From assembly GCA_012295275.1 (NCBI GenBank), contig CM022672.1, positions 12,152,001 to 12,216,000 of the forward strand: a stretch of DNA of 64,000 nt, written 5' to 3'. The notes under the pieces are model-generated. The model was not told where the DNA came from, did not search any database, and worked only from the letters and a program-made list of their open reading frames with translations. Position numbers and translations under genes: made by a program. Below are positions 1 to 13,145 of the stretch, piece by piece; within the stretch, counting starts at the first letter, position 1; every line of letters begins with the position of its first letter. This DNA comes from Chrysomallon squamiferum. Lineage: Eukaryota > Animalia > Mollusca.

Positions 1-267
1 AAATTTACATTTCCTTGAGTGATTTAATTTTACAGTGATTGACAACATATTTAGGTGTCAGTTATCTACATGCTCTCTGCCATATTATATAAACTATTGC
101 TAAGACACACACTGTAGCACAAACACAAAAATAAATTTTCCTTTTGAGTCTACGAAATGAGAATGTAAACAAAGGGAGCGATTTACACTCATTTGAACTA
201 CCCTTCTTTAACATTCATCTTTAAAAACACATCATACACGTAACTGTTGCCATCATATAATACTCAC

Positions 268-333
268 AGGACTTCGTTTCTTTAGCGTAAAGTTTTTCCA
301 CAAGAGTAGTTTGAGCTGGTGAAAAAATCCCAT
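268..333 (-). CDS. ABCA2: First coding exon of an ABCA-subfamily ABC transporter (ABCA2-like); the rest of the gene lies left of the window
   Basis: Reverse complement reads ATG...CCT|GTGAGT = MGFFHQLKLLLWKNFTLKKRSP (22 codons, phase-0 donor at 267). It contains the ABCA N-terminal signature QLxLLLWKN and closely resembles the human ABCA2 start as recalled ([22 protein letters not shown]). Upstream tandem acceptor TTTTCAATAACAGCAG at 371-386. Family is confident; orthologue assignment from 22 aa is less so. Confidence 0.85.
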
Positions 334-404
334 ATTGAATCACGCAACTCGTACCATTGACAGCAATCCGCTGCTGTTATTGAAAATAAATTGCAAAGAG
401 CCAC

Positions 405-720
405 AAAAATGACGTGGACTGCTTTTCACTAACTCTGTTAACACACGCACGTCTATAGAACGATTAAGTCTCCATATTAAACAAAAGCGAAAAAAAAACT
501 AGCTTTCTGCAGTCTCGAACAAAATTCCAATTATTTCATTTTCATCTTCTCTTTCGTGTCCAGCTCCTATTTTCGTTTCTCTACATCTGAGCAGTCAGAC
601 ATCATTATGACGTACAGCTGGTCTAGAAGTCACGTGATGTTGGCAGTGCGCCTTTCCATTGGAGCAAAATGGAAATGCTAAAAATAAAAGGTAACTTCCA
701 CGTGAATTTGTTTACATGCG
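405..720 (-). promoter_or_regulatory. CpG-rich putative regulatory region upstream of the ABCA ATG
   Basis: TGACGTGG 410-417, TGACGTA 608-614, GTCACGTGAT 629-638, CACGTG 699-704 and TGTTTAC 709-715 cluster within ~310 bp. Motif matching only. Confidence 0.4.
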
Positions 721-3431
721 ACAGCTGATTCGGTTAAATCATTTTCCCGATTTGGTAACAGAACAAAGAAAGTTTAACTGGGGTCAAAATAATATGAGTA
801 AATATTTGCTTTGCTAGTCATATCCCAAAAATAAAAACTGAATCATTGATAATTGATTCATTTTGTCACATAATATATCGTATTTTAAAAACTCATTAAT
901 TATAATAAATGATAATTTAATTTAGATGAAATTTATGTAGGTCAAGTCGGAAACGCAAGATAAATGCTGCTCAGCGATCAATAGAAATTATGGCAACTGA
1001 ACCATAGCAAATTAGTGACCGACATAGTTTTAAAAAGTAAAGCCTGTATATGATTCACTTATATATCAACGTATATGTGCATGTGTGTGTAAATGAATGT
1101 GTGTGTGTGTGTGTGTCTTTACGTGTTTTATTTCATTTTATTTTGTAGGTTAAGAATGTGATTGATATAAGTAACATTAGTTATATTTTGTACTTGTTTC
1201 TGCTCACTTTGTAAAAAACATACAACCCAAAAACCAAACACTGTGTATATGTATGCATGTATGTGTGTGTATGTATGTACATATGTATATGTAATTACAT
1301 GTACATTAATGTATGTAGATATGTACATACATTGTGTTGTGTATGTGTATGTATGTGTCTATTTATACGCGCAAATATCTGTGGCAATCCTTTCTAGCTT
1401 ACATGTACTTTATATCTGAATGCGAATGTGGAAGTAAGTACATAACGATTAACTCGCACATATGCCCCACTCCCGCACACATAATAATATAAACGTCTGT
1501 TGCAAACGCATATATATCTTTCATTCACGGTTACTTATACCGTCCGTGCACAATACTGTATAGAAAAGAACTGATTTTGAGAAGACTATCAAGGATCAGA
1601 AGACTTGCAGTACTGACAATAATCACAGTCAGTCGTTTAGAAATACGCTTCGAAGCTCTCCTCCATAGTGATCGCCAGCAAACGAACAACGGACAGGTTC
1701 TTGACCTTGTACGGGTCACTGAACATCTGACCTGCTCTTTCCTCTACTCTCTTGCAGCCGCTGTTGCTATTTCCCGCAAACGTGCAGAAAATCGTCTTTC
1801 AGCGAATTTCTATAATAAAAGACAAGTCAGGAATGCATGCACTAACATACACACCCATAAACAAAGTGTGATATTGTGATTGTAATTGTAATGTGTTATG
1901 TAGTGGAAGACAGACGTACAGACATGTTCGCGGGGACGGAGTCGCAGTTAAAACTGAAATTCTGTTTAGATGCAAAAAATGAGGATATATATATTTTTAA
2001 TTATTATAATTATCATACGTGGGCATATATGTATGATATCTTCGATGCACAAAGATTAAAACTTAAGCAATTTTTTTTAAATAATATTATACCCAAATCT
2101 CCTACCGTCTTTCAGTTTGTCTGTGCGTTTTCACATTCATTCGTCTATTTCATTCCAACCCGATTACATTTTTTCACCCATTTATATTTACAGAAAGTAC
2201 AACACACATTCTGCTGCACAAATCAATGGATATATTATGATAACGTAAAAATATATTTTTTTTTTCTTCTTTTTTTTTTTAAATATTTATATGGCCTCTC
2301 TCATTCTCCAGTATTGAGTGAATATATTTTGATATTGTTCGTAGTCTTTTATTTTTGCAATGATTTGATTTTTTCTGTTTTTGTTGTTGTTTATGTTTGT
2401 TCTAATTGAATCAACAGCTTCAAGGCTAAATTAAATTATCAGGCTATAAAAACAATAATAACAACAACAAATTAATTACAATAATCATCATAAAATTAAA
2501 TAATAATAATAATTAATTTTTAAAAATAAATCTGGAAAATAATTATAATAAATAGCATAGTCACCGGAACCGGAAATTACCGTAGAACTTGTTTTTTTTT
2601 TTTTTTTTTTTTTTTAATTATGATTAATAAAATTATGGTGAAAATAATAAGTATCCGGGATTCATGAATAAAATAGCGCAGTGTAATTAACAGTTGCATG
2701 CTTTCGATTTACCTTTGCCCTTGAATACTTTCTCGGGACCTTAATGAAGTGTTTATGTTGGAAACTGTTTAGTCATTAACGTCTATATACTGGGCATTAG
2801 TTTGCATGGATTGATGGTCTGATGTGAAAATGGACAAAAACACAACAAATTATTATAATTGTAAAGTGGAAGATAAAATTATTTGTATTTGTATCGTAGA
2901 TAATTAAATATACATCGTCTTATAATAATAATAATAATAATAGTAACAATAATTGTTGCTATTGTGATAATTATTATTCTTAGCTATAATATTATTTATT
3001 GTCATTTTCTTTATTTTAAATTTTGGTGTTGTTGCCTTAATAATGATTACAAATAAATGCATAAATAAATAAATAAAACACAAAATCAAACTTGCTAAGT
3101 TGTAATACCAGTTGACATTAATCAAAGCAATATACTGATTACAATATACAGAGACTTTATTATGAGTTAAAAGCACAAATTAAGCCGATTTTTGAAGTAG
3201 TTCTAGCCTCGGGGATATCCGGGTGGGGTAACATTGGATAACACTGACCGTGTTGGTGAAATGATTAGCAGATACCATTTAACAATGAAATAAAGAAATA
3301 CGCGATCAGAAACAAAAATTTTGCAAGTAACACTGAATCTATATTCTGAAAAATCCTGAAATGACTGTACACACACTGACACAGATTGAAATTATCTTTG
3401 AAGATTAAAATATATTACATTCTATGTTTAT

Positions 3432-3432
<1 letters not shown>

Positions 3433-3478
<46 letters not shown>
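3433..3478. repeat. (AAT)n microsatellite
   Basis: Directly visible perfect trinucleotide run. Confidence 0.95.
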
Positions 3479-3597
3479 TTAAACATAATTAAACAAAATA
3501 TTTATTTTCTCGCTTTATTTTTGTCATCGCTTCTTTCATTATTAAATATTTTTTTATTAGACACATATAGACATACTATATTTTTCTAATTCACTTT

Positions 3598-3600
<3 letters not shown>

Positions 3601-3653
<53 letters not shown>
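3601..3653. repeat. (TC)n microsatellite
   Basis: Directly visible perfect dinucleotide run. Confidence 0.95.
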
Positions 3654-3659
<6 letters not shown>

Positions 3660-5527
3660 GAACTCGCAAACATACAAAAACACATACACACATTCAGTTA
3701 AGAAATAATTAGCAAAAAGTTAAACAAAAAGAAGAAAAAAAAATTCTATATTGACATCTGCATCATCACCATTCTCCTTCCTAATATTCATTTTTTCAGA
3801 AACGGCTCGGCTTAATGACTCTGATAAGACGATTATCGATAATCTTCGTGCCGTTATATCTATTTACCCGGGTACTGACACGAAGGCGAAAACAAGAAAC
3901 AAAACTCAGTGCCATGGTGACGCGTGTCTGAAGGTCTGTTTGGTCGGCACGAGGTGAAAAGTTCGCGTTATGGCCGTAGCGCGTGACAAAGTGTACGCGA
4001 GATAAGCGTATACCTGTGTAACTAATTACGTACCCCGAATACGATTTGAGCTGATCTCGAACTGTATTAGGGTTTATTTAAAAGTCAGCTTATTTATTAG
4101 TTTATGCCAGCTATTGCCCTTATTATAAAAATAATACAGTGATTATAGGGAACCATTTATACGGTACAGACACAAACACAAACACAGGCACAGGCACGCA
4201 CACACATTTACATTAACTCTTTGATAAAACTGTTATCCGCTCTTTTTTTACTTTATTTTTGTTTTGTTTTGTTTTATTTATTTATTTTTTTATTGATGCA
4301 AAATACAATATATGTATATTTCTTATATTTTAACTTATGCTTGCATTTCAGCGTACTGACTTCAATAATGTTGAAATTTCAGGGAATGCAATGACTGCTT
4401 AATAAAAACTGCAAACAATTATCTTTATTATTATTTTTTTTTTCTCGATAAGTAACGATATCTCGAACATGTCTTCCAGTCACAGCAACTTCGAGATTTG
4501 GAGAGCATGTATCTATGTATGTATGTATGAATTTAGAAGATGATGATCACATAGTTGTTAATATAACGTTCAAACAAACAAACAAACAAATAAAAGCATG
4601 TCTTGTCAAAAAGCAGAAGGTCCACCACATACGATATTGCACTCAATAAAAGAAATGAAATCAGAAAAAAAAAAAAAAAAAAAAATAAATAAAGGAAAAA
4701 AAAAAGACACAAGCTACTTAAAATATTTGTTAAATCACGGTCACATCCAGGAACTCAAAATCGTCATCAAAGGTGTCGCTGTAGGCGGTAATACATGACA
4801 GAAACACCGTCCAGACTCTGTAACAGTTTGTACGAGGAAGTCAAACTATAATAATCATTAAGAAATAGTGCTCTGTCCTAATAATTGAATTAATAATTAC
4901 CGAGGCAACTGCTGACTTGTAAAATATAGCATGATATTATAATTTCTGTAAAGCGCACTGATTTTCGCGCGTTTGTCTCTTGATTCACAATTTGTTATTA
5001 ATATATACATATATATGAATTATACAGTTGCCCAATATCGTGACCCTCACTTTAGTTATTTGTGCATTATTGATTTTATTGATTTGTTTTATTATTGTGT
5101 TGTTTTGTTTTGTTTTGTTTTGTTTTATTTTGTTCTTTATAACGAAAAGTTATTTATTTTGGAAAATTATGCCCGTCTCAGAGGTATCCTATTTTGAAAA
5201 CTCAAAATCCGTCAGTGTTTGTGTATATTTATTTATTTATTTATTTAATACCATTTAAGTTTATCATTTCTTTGTTTCTTTCCGCCATTAGATACTGATT
5301 TATATTTATTGCAATGGAAGTGACGTCATACAAAAACCTGTGATGTATTACTTGGTTTAACTCGATGACGATACTGGAATACGCTTTATTTCAAATAATG
5401 CACTACTATTATATAACACGTCAGGCATAATGTTGTTTTCAAACATTTAAAAATAAACGTTAAAATCACTTTGTCATAGTGTCTCATGCTGTTACGTATA
5501 TTAACATGCTAAATCACATCTATTGTA

Positions 5528-5659
5528 ATTATTATTATTATTATCATCATCATCATTATGATTACTGGTGTTGTTATTGTTATTGTTATTGTTGTTGTTG
5601 TTGTTGTTGTTATTATTATTATTATTATTATTGTTGTTGTTGTTGTTGTTGTTGTTGTT
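5528..5659. repeat. Compound (TAT)/(CAT)/(TGT)n microsatellite
   Basis: Directly visible; explains the poly-N/C/Y/T ORFs at 5479-5748. Confidence 0.95.
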
Positions 5660-7847
5660 AATGCACTGATACAGTTCAATATTTGCTTCTTTATTATCAG
5701 ACAATTATAGCAATAACAAAACACATTTACGCACACGCACACAGTCACGTTACGTCCCTAAGCAAACAGCACATAAACATCTACCATAAAATCTGTCGTA
5801 ATCGAAATTTGCAGGGTAACATATGTTACAGCATCACGATTTCGTCAAAGATACACATCAGCAACGACGTCATTAAACACCTGGCGTCATTTTAACATCG
5901 ATGTTGGTGAATTAGTTGATCTGGGAATTCACTTAATTGTTTTTTTCGTAGATAAGTTTGTTGTTGTTCTATAGAGACAATTATAAACACGCAGTATGTA
6001 TTATACTCGTGGTAAGGTTGCTGTTCAATCATATATTTATTTTAATTGCTTTTACTATGATAACCGACTTCATATATATTGATAATACAGAATTATCAGA
6101 AAGCGAGTATTTAATTACTATAGACATTACGGACATAGGTAACATCTGCAAGACCTATCAGAATATTCATGTGTGGGTTACAGATGGGTGTCTTCCCATT
6201 TGGTAGATTCCCAGTTCGTATAATTCCCATTTCGTAGAAAAACCTGGTTTACTGCATTACCTGATTACCTCTGTATATAATGAACTTGGCCTGTGCATAC
6301 ATCTGGTTTCTTTCTAACATTCAGAGGGGGAGCGCATTGTTCCTAAATCGATTATGTAACATCAACATCTATTATTACTATTATTATTATTATTTTTTAA
6401 ACTGGTCATTTCTAATTCATAAACATTTCATTTCCGTTACAAAACAAGCAACCAATAATAAACAATTTTACATCAATTTCATCTATCTATTAAAATACAA
6501 AACGAAAAAAGAATGAAAGAAAAGAAAAATGGCTTGCTTCTGTAAGAGAATACGACAAAAATATTATAAATAACTAATTCAGCAAATATAATTTTTAACA
6601 AAACATATTTTACATATGAGTAATTTACTTATTATATTCAGTAAATAGAGTATTAGAACGTTACATTTATCATTAACTTTTCGAATTCAACCGTATTCAG
6701 CTTAAACATGTACAAGATATCTGCTACTAATCATATTTACATTATGCACACATACATATTCAGATTGTGCACATATTATACAATATATGTGACATAGTAT
6801 ATTAATAGTGTGTACACTAAAGATATTATGACCTGCAAATACTTTGGCTATGACTGAAAAAGTTTATACGAAGGACCAAATCATTGGGAATACTTTTAGA
6901 TAAATACCTTCTTTTTTAATTATTTACATTCACTATATTCGATACATAGATTATTTCGATATTTGTCATATTTGCATACTTTATGCGATAATACTACAAT
7001 AATACCTCAGATTAAAGATGTAATTGGTTCCAAAACTTCCAATAATTAAGTGAGGTAAGCGGGAGACTAATTTACATAGAATTAAGGTTAAAAGCAGTGG
7101 TTACTTTCTCGCTGATGAGATCTGACATAAAAAAAAAAAAAAATAAAATAAGGAGAAATAAAACGGCAGTTTAGACATAAATGATTTAATAGATTGTAGA
7201 TATTAAATAAACAGTAAATCATTTACAAATCAATTTATACAAATACATTAAGAAATAAGAATATGCCGCTCATTGTGGGTTTTGGTTTCATTTAAGATAA
7301 TGTATTTTGTTTCTAAAGTTATTATCTTCCGTTTCTTTTATCATCAGCATTTGCCGGTATACTGTTATTCGTTTTGACATATTGGAAGGGGAAATTACAA
7401 ACAAGTTTAAGTCTAAATCGAAGCAGAAGACAAAAGAGAATCAGAATATCAGATGCACATATGACGTGTCAACTGATCAACACAACTGAGAGAAGCTCGT
7501 GAATGAACGAAAAATTAAAGAAAAAGGACTTAAAAACATGCACTGTATACATTTGTATCATTTATTTCGAGCAATTAACTATTAAATTAAATTTCTATTT
7601 ATATAATTTGTAAAGAAGAAAGATTGTTAAAGCGTGGTATCGTTAAGCGAGATGTTACTGTATGTATACAATAATAATCGCTTTCCAAATAATCTGGAGC
7701 AGTTCATTAAAATGACTGAGGTAAAACCAAACATGTCAATAAGACCACTGAACCACATTTAGCCTTTCTACGAAATGGGATTCTACCAAATGGGACTAAG
7801 CCTACAGATGTATGAAGGATTGTACGTCTGTTTTGTTTGTGTTTCTG

Positions 7848-8275
7848 GTCTGTGTGCGTCTGTATATGCGCGTGTGATTTGTAGTGCGTGGGATGTTTGT
7901 GTAATATGTTGGTTGATGCACGTGTTTGTGTGTGTGTGTGGTATGGTGTGTGTGTGTGTGTATGCGTGCGTGCGTGTATATGTGTGTATGTGTGCGTGCA
8001 CGCGTATGTGTGTGTGTGTGTGTGTGTGTGTAAACGTACACATATAGAAATGTTGTAAAGTCCGATTCACTGTCGATGAGGATATAATACAAAACAGAGA
8101 AATACATATACATACTCACACAATCGCACACGCACACACACACAGTCACATACACAAAGAGAGAGAGAGGGAGAGACAGAAGCAAAATGAGAAGAGGATA
8201 AAAGAGAGAGACAGACAGAGGTAGAAAGACAATGATAGCCAAAGAGACAAAGACAGAGGCAGAGAAAGAGATAGA
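7848..8275. repeat. Degenerate (GT)n, (CA)n and (GA)n low-complexity tract
   Basis: Directly visible; explains the HT/VC-rich ORFs at 7775-8363. Confidence 0.9.
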
Positions 8276-10059
8276 TCGGGTCGTAGGTATGTTCGTGTAA
8301 GTAACATGTACAGACACAACCGCAGAAAACAATATAATGCTTACAATTATGGAAAAATACCAACTGAACCGATTTTTTTCAGTGTTAAACTGTAGAAACG
8401 CTGAGTATGTGGAAATGATTCCTTCACATTCTTCTTGCTAATGTGGATGGTTAACTTTATATAATTGTGACGATTTCTATAGCAGTTTCAGTGGAACTTC
8501 AACGCATCTGAAATTACTTAACAGTTACTTAGTACAGAGAAATAAACTATAAGAATTAGATAACAAATAATCTTTTGTGTAATTTGAAGTCAGCTGGAAC
8601 TTGAGAAAAGAAACACCTGACAATGCACAGCAAAGTCCCGATTAAAAAATAAACAACATAAACCACAGAAATTTTCTTTAAATAAAACAAAATACAAGAA
8701 CATTCTTTAAATTAAAACAAAATACAAATATATATTCAACCGTTTAATTGTATATCTACGTGTAATATATTGTTACGTTTCATCTGTCAGAAATAAAATA
8801 TATTATTTAAATGACATAAAATATAGACATATTTCACTAAATAATTTATAAATGTTATGGTTGGATTGTGAAATAAAGCAAAGGAACTATAACGTTACTG
8901 CGCATCCCGATTCACAATATAATGGCTTGACCTGTTTAACTGTATATCTACGAGTAAATTTTATTTCGTGTAATAGAATAAAATAAACCATATACTAGTT
9001 GTCGACGGGATAAACAACAGGCTGATACCTGATCTATTGGTTTATAATGACCAGACATTTGTAACAAAATCGCTGAACTTTATCGATTCCAAGGAACAAC
9101 TCGTGCATTATTTATCATTAATTTTGGATTTACAGCCGCAAATTACCTGCAGGTACCTGTTTTCGGGTAGACATTAGCTAGATAGGGAAACTCTGACGTA
9201 GACTACGTATACATGCTCTTTTATTAATGCTAACATTTATTTATTTATTTATAAATTATTTTACACGCAAGTTTTATTGACAATTGCATTTATTTAAGTA
9301 TTTATTAATAAACAAAAATAAACTATGCGAGAAAGATCAGACTATAAACATAAATATGAATTGCTGGAAAAACCTCATTGTCATTGATTTTCATTTATTT
9401 TTCTCGTCTTCTTTTTTTTTTTTTTTCTTGTAAAAATTAAATAAAATAAACCTATCGTTAATGTAGACTTCATTATAGGTTTTAATGTTGAATTGTGGAA
9501 GTTAAAACATTAATGATAACAAAAACACAATGATGGTTTTGTAACCGAACCATATGTTATGATATCATTATAGGCAATGATGACGCCTCCTACATTTCAT
9601 ATATACCCTTTATGAATAATAATAATTAAATACAAAATTGTATTAATTATAATATTTGCTTCAATATTACAAACAAATTAACCGTATGTGTATGTGAGGA
9701 AGGGAGCATGAAAAAATAGGAAGACAATCATTTCCCTTTCAGTAACCAGATAAACTGGTCACATACTGAGAAAGATTAGCAAATTAGTGTAAATTTAAAC
9801 ATTATAATCATAAATGGATCTGTAATAAGAGGAAATTTACTTATTCCAGTCTAATGACTTCAAAAACGACTTACCAGAGCCTGTTTCTGAATTGCTCGCG
9901 TCTATTGTAATTGAATTTTATTAGGTTTGATTCATTTTAAATATGTACTGGTGAGAGTTGATAGAAATACTTAAAAGTAAACTTTTTTGGCTGAGCTGTT
10001 ACTTAGCATGAATACTAACATCTTATTTAGTAGTATATATATATAAAAATAATAATAAT

Positions 10060-10096
<37 letters not shown>

Positions 10097-10317
10097 AGAG
10101 AAAACTTAATAGTGATAAGCATTATTTAAAGAAATAAAGGCACCACACAATTTCATTTCTTATTTGATCACCAGTAATGTTTTTCACTAAGGTCTATATT
10201 ACAAACTGAAAATTGTAGTTATTCTTACAGTCAGTAAAACTGAGAAAAATTAAATCTGAAGACTGCTTCGGAACCTAACTTATAAATTGTTTTTGGAAGA
10301 AATGCAGTTTATCATTC

Positions 10318-10493
10318 CATGGCCGTAACTAGTCTCTTTTTTTTTTGAAATGAGGCAAACACACTTAATCGCCGAGCAGTGATATCTATAGACTTCAAAC
10401 GGTAACCGTAGACATGAACGAATTCATTCAGTGGTTATCGTTTCTATCGGAATAGATATTTATATTTTATATTTTTACAATAAAATCTTTGTA

Positions 10494-10531
<38 letters not shown>

Positions 10532-10667
10532 AAATAAATAAATAATAAAATTAAAATTAAAAAATCATAAAATAAAAAATAAAAATAATAATAAAATAAA
10601 AAAAAAAAAATCGTTAATTTCTGTATAGGGCATTTGCCTCATTTACCTCAATGAAGTTACGGTGATG
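10318..10667. mobile_element. Putative non-autonomous DNA transposon (MITE) with imperfect terminal inverted repeats
   Basis: Left end CATGGCCGTAACT...AATGAGGCAAA; right end reverse-complements to CATCACCGTAACT...AATGAGGCAAATG. CATTC flanks both ends (10313-10317, 10668-10672). No ORF inside. Confidence 0.55.
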
Positions 10668-11796
10668 CATTCATAATTTTTTGTTCATTTGTTGATGGGC
10701 CCCTCGAACCTGAACCTCCCCGTAGCCGTTTCTAAATGTGATCCAGCCTGTGGTGTACTTGTCTCGGATTCATAGTGTGAAATAGCGTGTTAAATGATTT
10801 GATAACCGAGAATAGGCTTTTGCGATTTATCAGTAAAGTCTCAGTTCGAGGACACGAACTTTGTACCTGTCGCTTATCAGGCCGTTCCACACCACTGAAC
10901 AAGCTGCTGGAGTATATCACGTACAAAGAGAAATTGTAGGTTTCATTTACAACTTTATGTCATTACGAGATTTTTGTGTTTGTGTGTTTGTTGTTGTTGT
11001 TTTTAATTTGTTAATCATTTTAATGTAAAAAAAAACAAAAAAAAACAATTGCCGCTCAATTAGCGTGATAGCGACCATGATGGAATAAATAGTGCACGAT
11101 TATTGTTTTATAATTTTTACATTAAATACCGTGTATGTGAACAAAAACAAGAAAATAAATGCAACTAACACAACTAACAACAAAAACAACAACTACTACT
11201 GCTAGTACTACCACAGGAAAATGTACCAATAGGAGATAGACAGATAAATAAATATTAAAAAAATAAATAAATAAATAAAATAAAATAAAATAAAATAAAA
11301 GCGAAAAAAAAAAAAAAGAAAAAAAAAAAGACGATTAATAAAAGAAATAAATAGAAATAGATGTATTTATACAACACAAATTAATATTTAAAAAAAATTA
11401 AAAAAAAAAAAAAAAAAACAAACAAACAACACACGCCACAACAACAACAACGGCAATAAAGCACAACCAATAATAAAACAAGTGAAGGGAAAATAACAAT
11501 AAAAAATATACGAACTATAGAAGTTCGTTATGTAGCTGTTAATGCTCTAGTGCTGTTATACTGTTGTAAAACGATCACATACACATTTCTATACATGTGT
11601 ATACGCACAATAAAACACAAATACAACACGTGAGTGATTATACTGTCAGACCTTGAACATGTGTTTTGTTCTTCAGCCATAACGGACATTGCTTTTAAAC
11701 ATTATTCTGTGAACTCTGTAGGGCAATTTTTGTTATTGCGTAGAATCGTACTGGTAGTGCATCTTTTGGTGAAGAGGATAATGGAGAGAGAGAGAG

Positions 11797-11829
<33 letters not shown>

Positions 11830-12704
11830 ATAATAAAAAGATAAACATAAACAAATTATAAAACAATAATGATGACTATCAGCACCAGCACAAGTCATAC
11901 AGTAAATTACAAGATGAATACAGTAATGCAGATTTTCCCTTAGAATGAATATATGTGCAAAGTATAGGGACACACTATAGACAAATAGATAGATAGATAG
12001 ATAGATACATAGATAAAGAGACAAAGAGACGAGACAAAAGAGAATGAAAGAAAAATAAAAAGAGAAAAAGAGGGAGACAAATAAATAAAGAAAAATAAAA
12101 TAAGAGTAAAAAAGTGTGAGGGAGTGAAAGAAAGAATGCCTGAGGGTGAGACCCACAGAAAAAACAAAACAAAAAAAAAACATACAGAAAATGTAAATAA
12201 TGGAGTTTAGTAACTGACATCATGAGACAATATGACAGGACAAGAAACATTTATTCAGAAATCCATTAAAATATATATAGGGAAGCTGTGTTTCTAATTA
12301 AATCCCGATTAATTTTCTTTGACTGAAAACACCCCGGGACCCAGCTTATTTAACCAATCAATCACACTTTAAAGTGACAAGTTTTAATCTATTGAGGCAA
12401 ATTACAATATATAGTAACTGACTTCAGCCATACCTACATCATCAGCTGTAAATCTTATTCACTCTCTCATGTGTAATGCACTTAATAAGTTGGTAACATC
12501 AAAGAAATGAATGGATTCATGGATGAATGGATAAATGGATGTTTATTTACAAAAACTTTACCTTATATTAATAATGGTAAAGGTCATTATGCGTCTTGGA
12601 TATTACTTTGCTGAGGATTGTGACTCCTTATAACTGGCTAGAAGAAAGAGTTCTTTCATATTCACTGTCCTGTGCTGCATCATATTATGCCTTAGGATAG
12701 TTCT

Positions 12705-13145
12705 ATAATCCTTAATCTATACCACAGATAGATGTAACCAAATCTATAGCTGTAACAACACACCATTTTGATTGATGGATCTAAGGTGTAACCACAAACA
12801 ACAGTGACAGCAACCCACCATTTTGATCCTTGAATGTAACCAAAAATATCAGTCATTTTGGTCCTTATCCAGTTAAAACAACAGACTGACATTTTGGTTC
12901 ATGGTTGCAACAAAGCATTCTGATCCATGGATTAGATGTGTAACAACAAAGTTAGAGCTACAGTAACTCTCAACTTTGATCTGTGGGTCAGAGGGTAAAA
13001 AATCTATAACCACAGCAATTCACCAATAATTTATAGTTGTAACAGCTTAAAGATCAGTTTAAAGTTACAGGTCTGAAATTCTGAACTGTGGATTAAAAAA
13101 TAACTTCAAAACCAAATATGACAGACCACCATTTTGATCCATAGT
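12705..13145. repeat. Degenerate tandem/satellite-like repeat
   Basis: Recurrent (CCA)CCATTTTGATCC-like and TGTAACC/TGTAACA words at irregular ~40-60 bp spacing. Confidence 0.55.

Noticed and set aside
1531-1719. ORF resembling a type II membrane anchor (basic stretch then hydrophobic run)
   Set aside because: Starts at GTG shortly after an in-frame TAG, with no ATG in frame; no family recognised.
12434-12445. Possible 12-nt minus-strand micro-exon (CAG|CTGATGATGTAG|GTATGG)
   Set aside because: No host gene or partner exons identified; expected by chance.
1128-12892. Many 60-177 aa ORFs in the left region (e.g. 1876-2409, 5479-5748, 7775-8363, 11695-12250)
   Set aside because: Translations of microsatellites and AT-rich low-complexity DNA; no recognisable domains or consistent splice structure.
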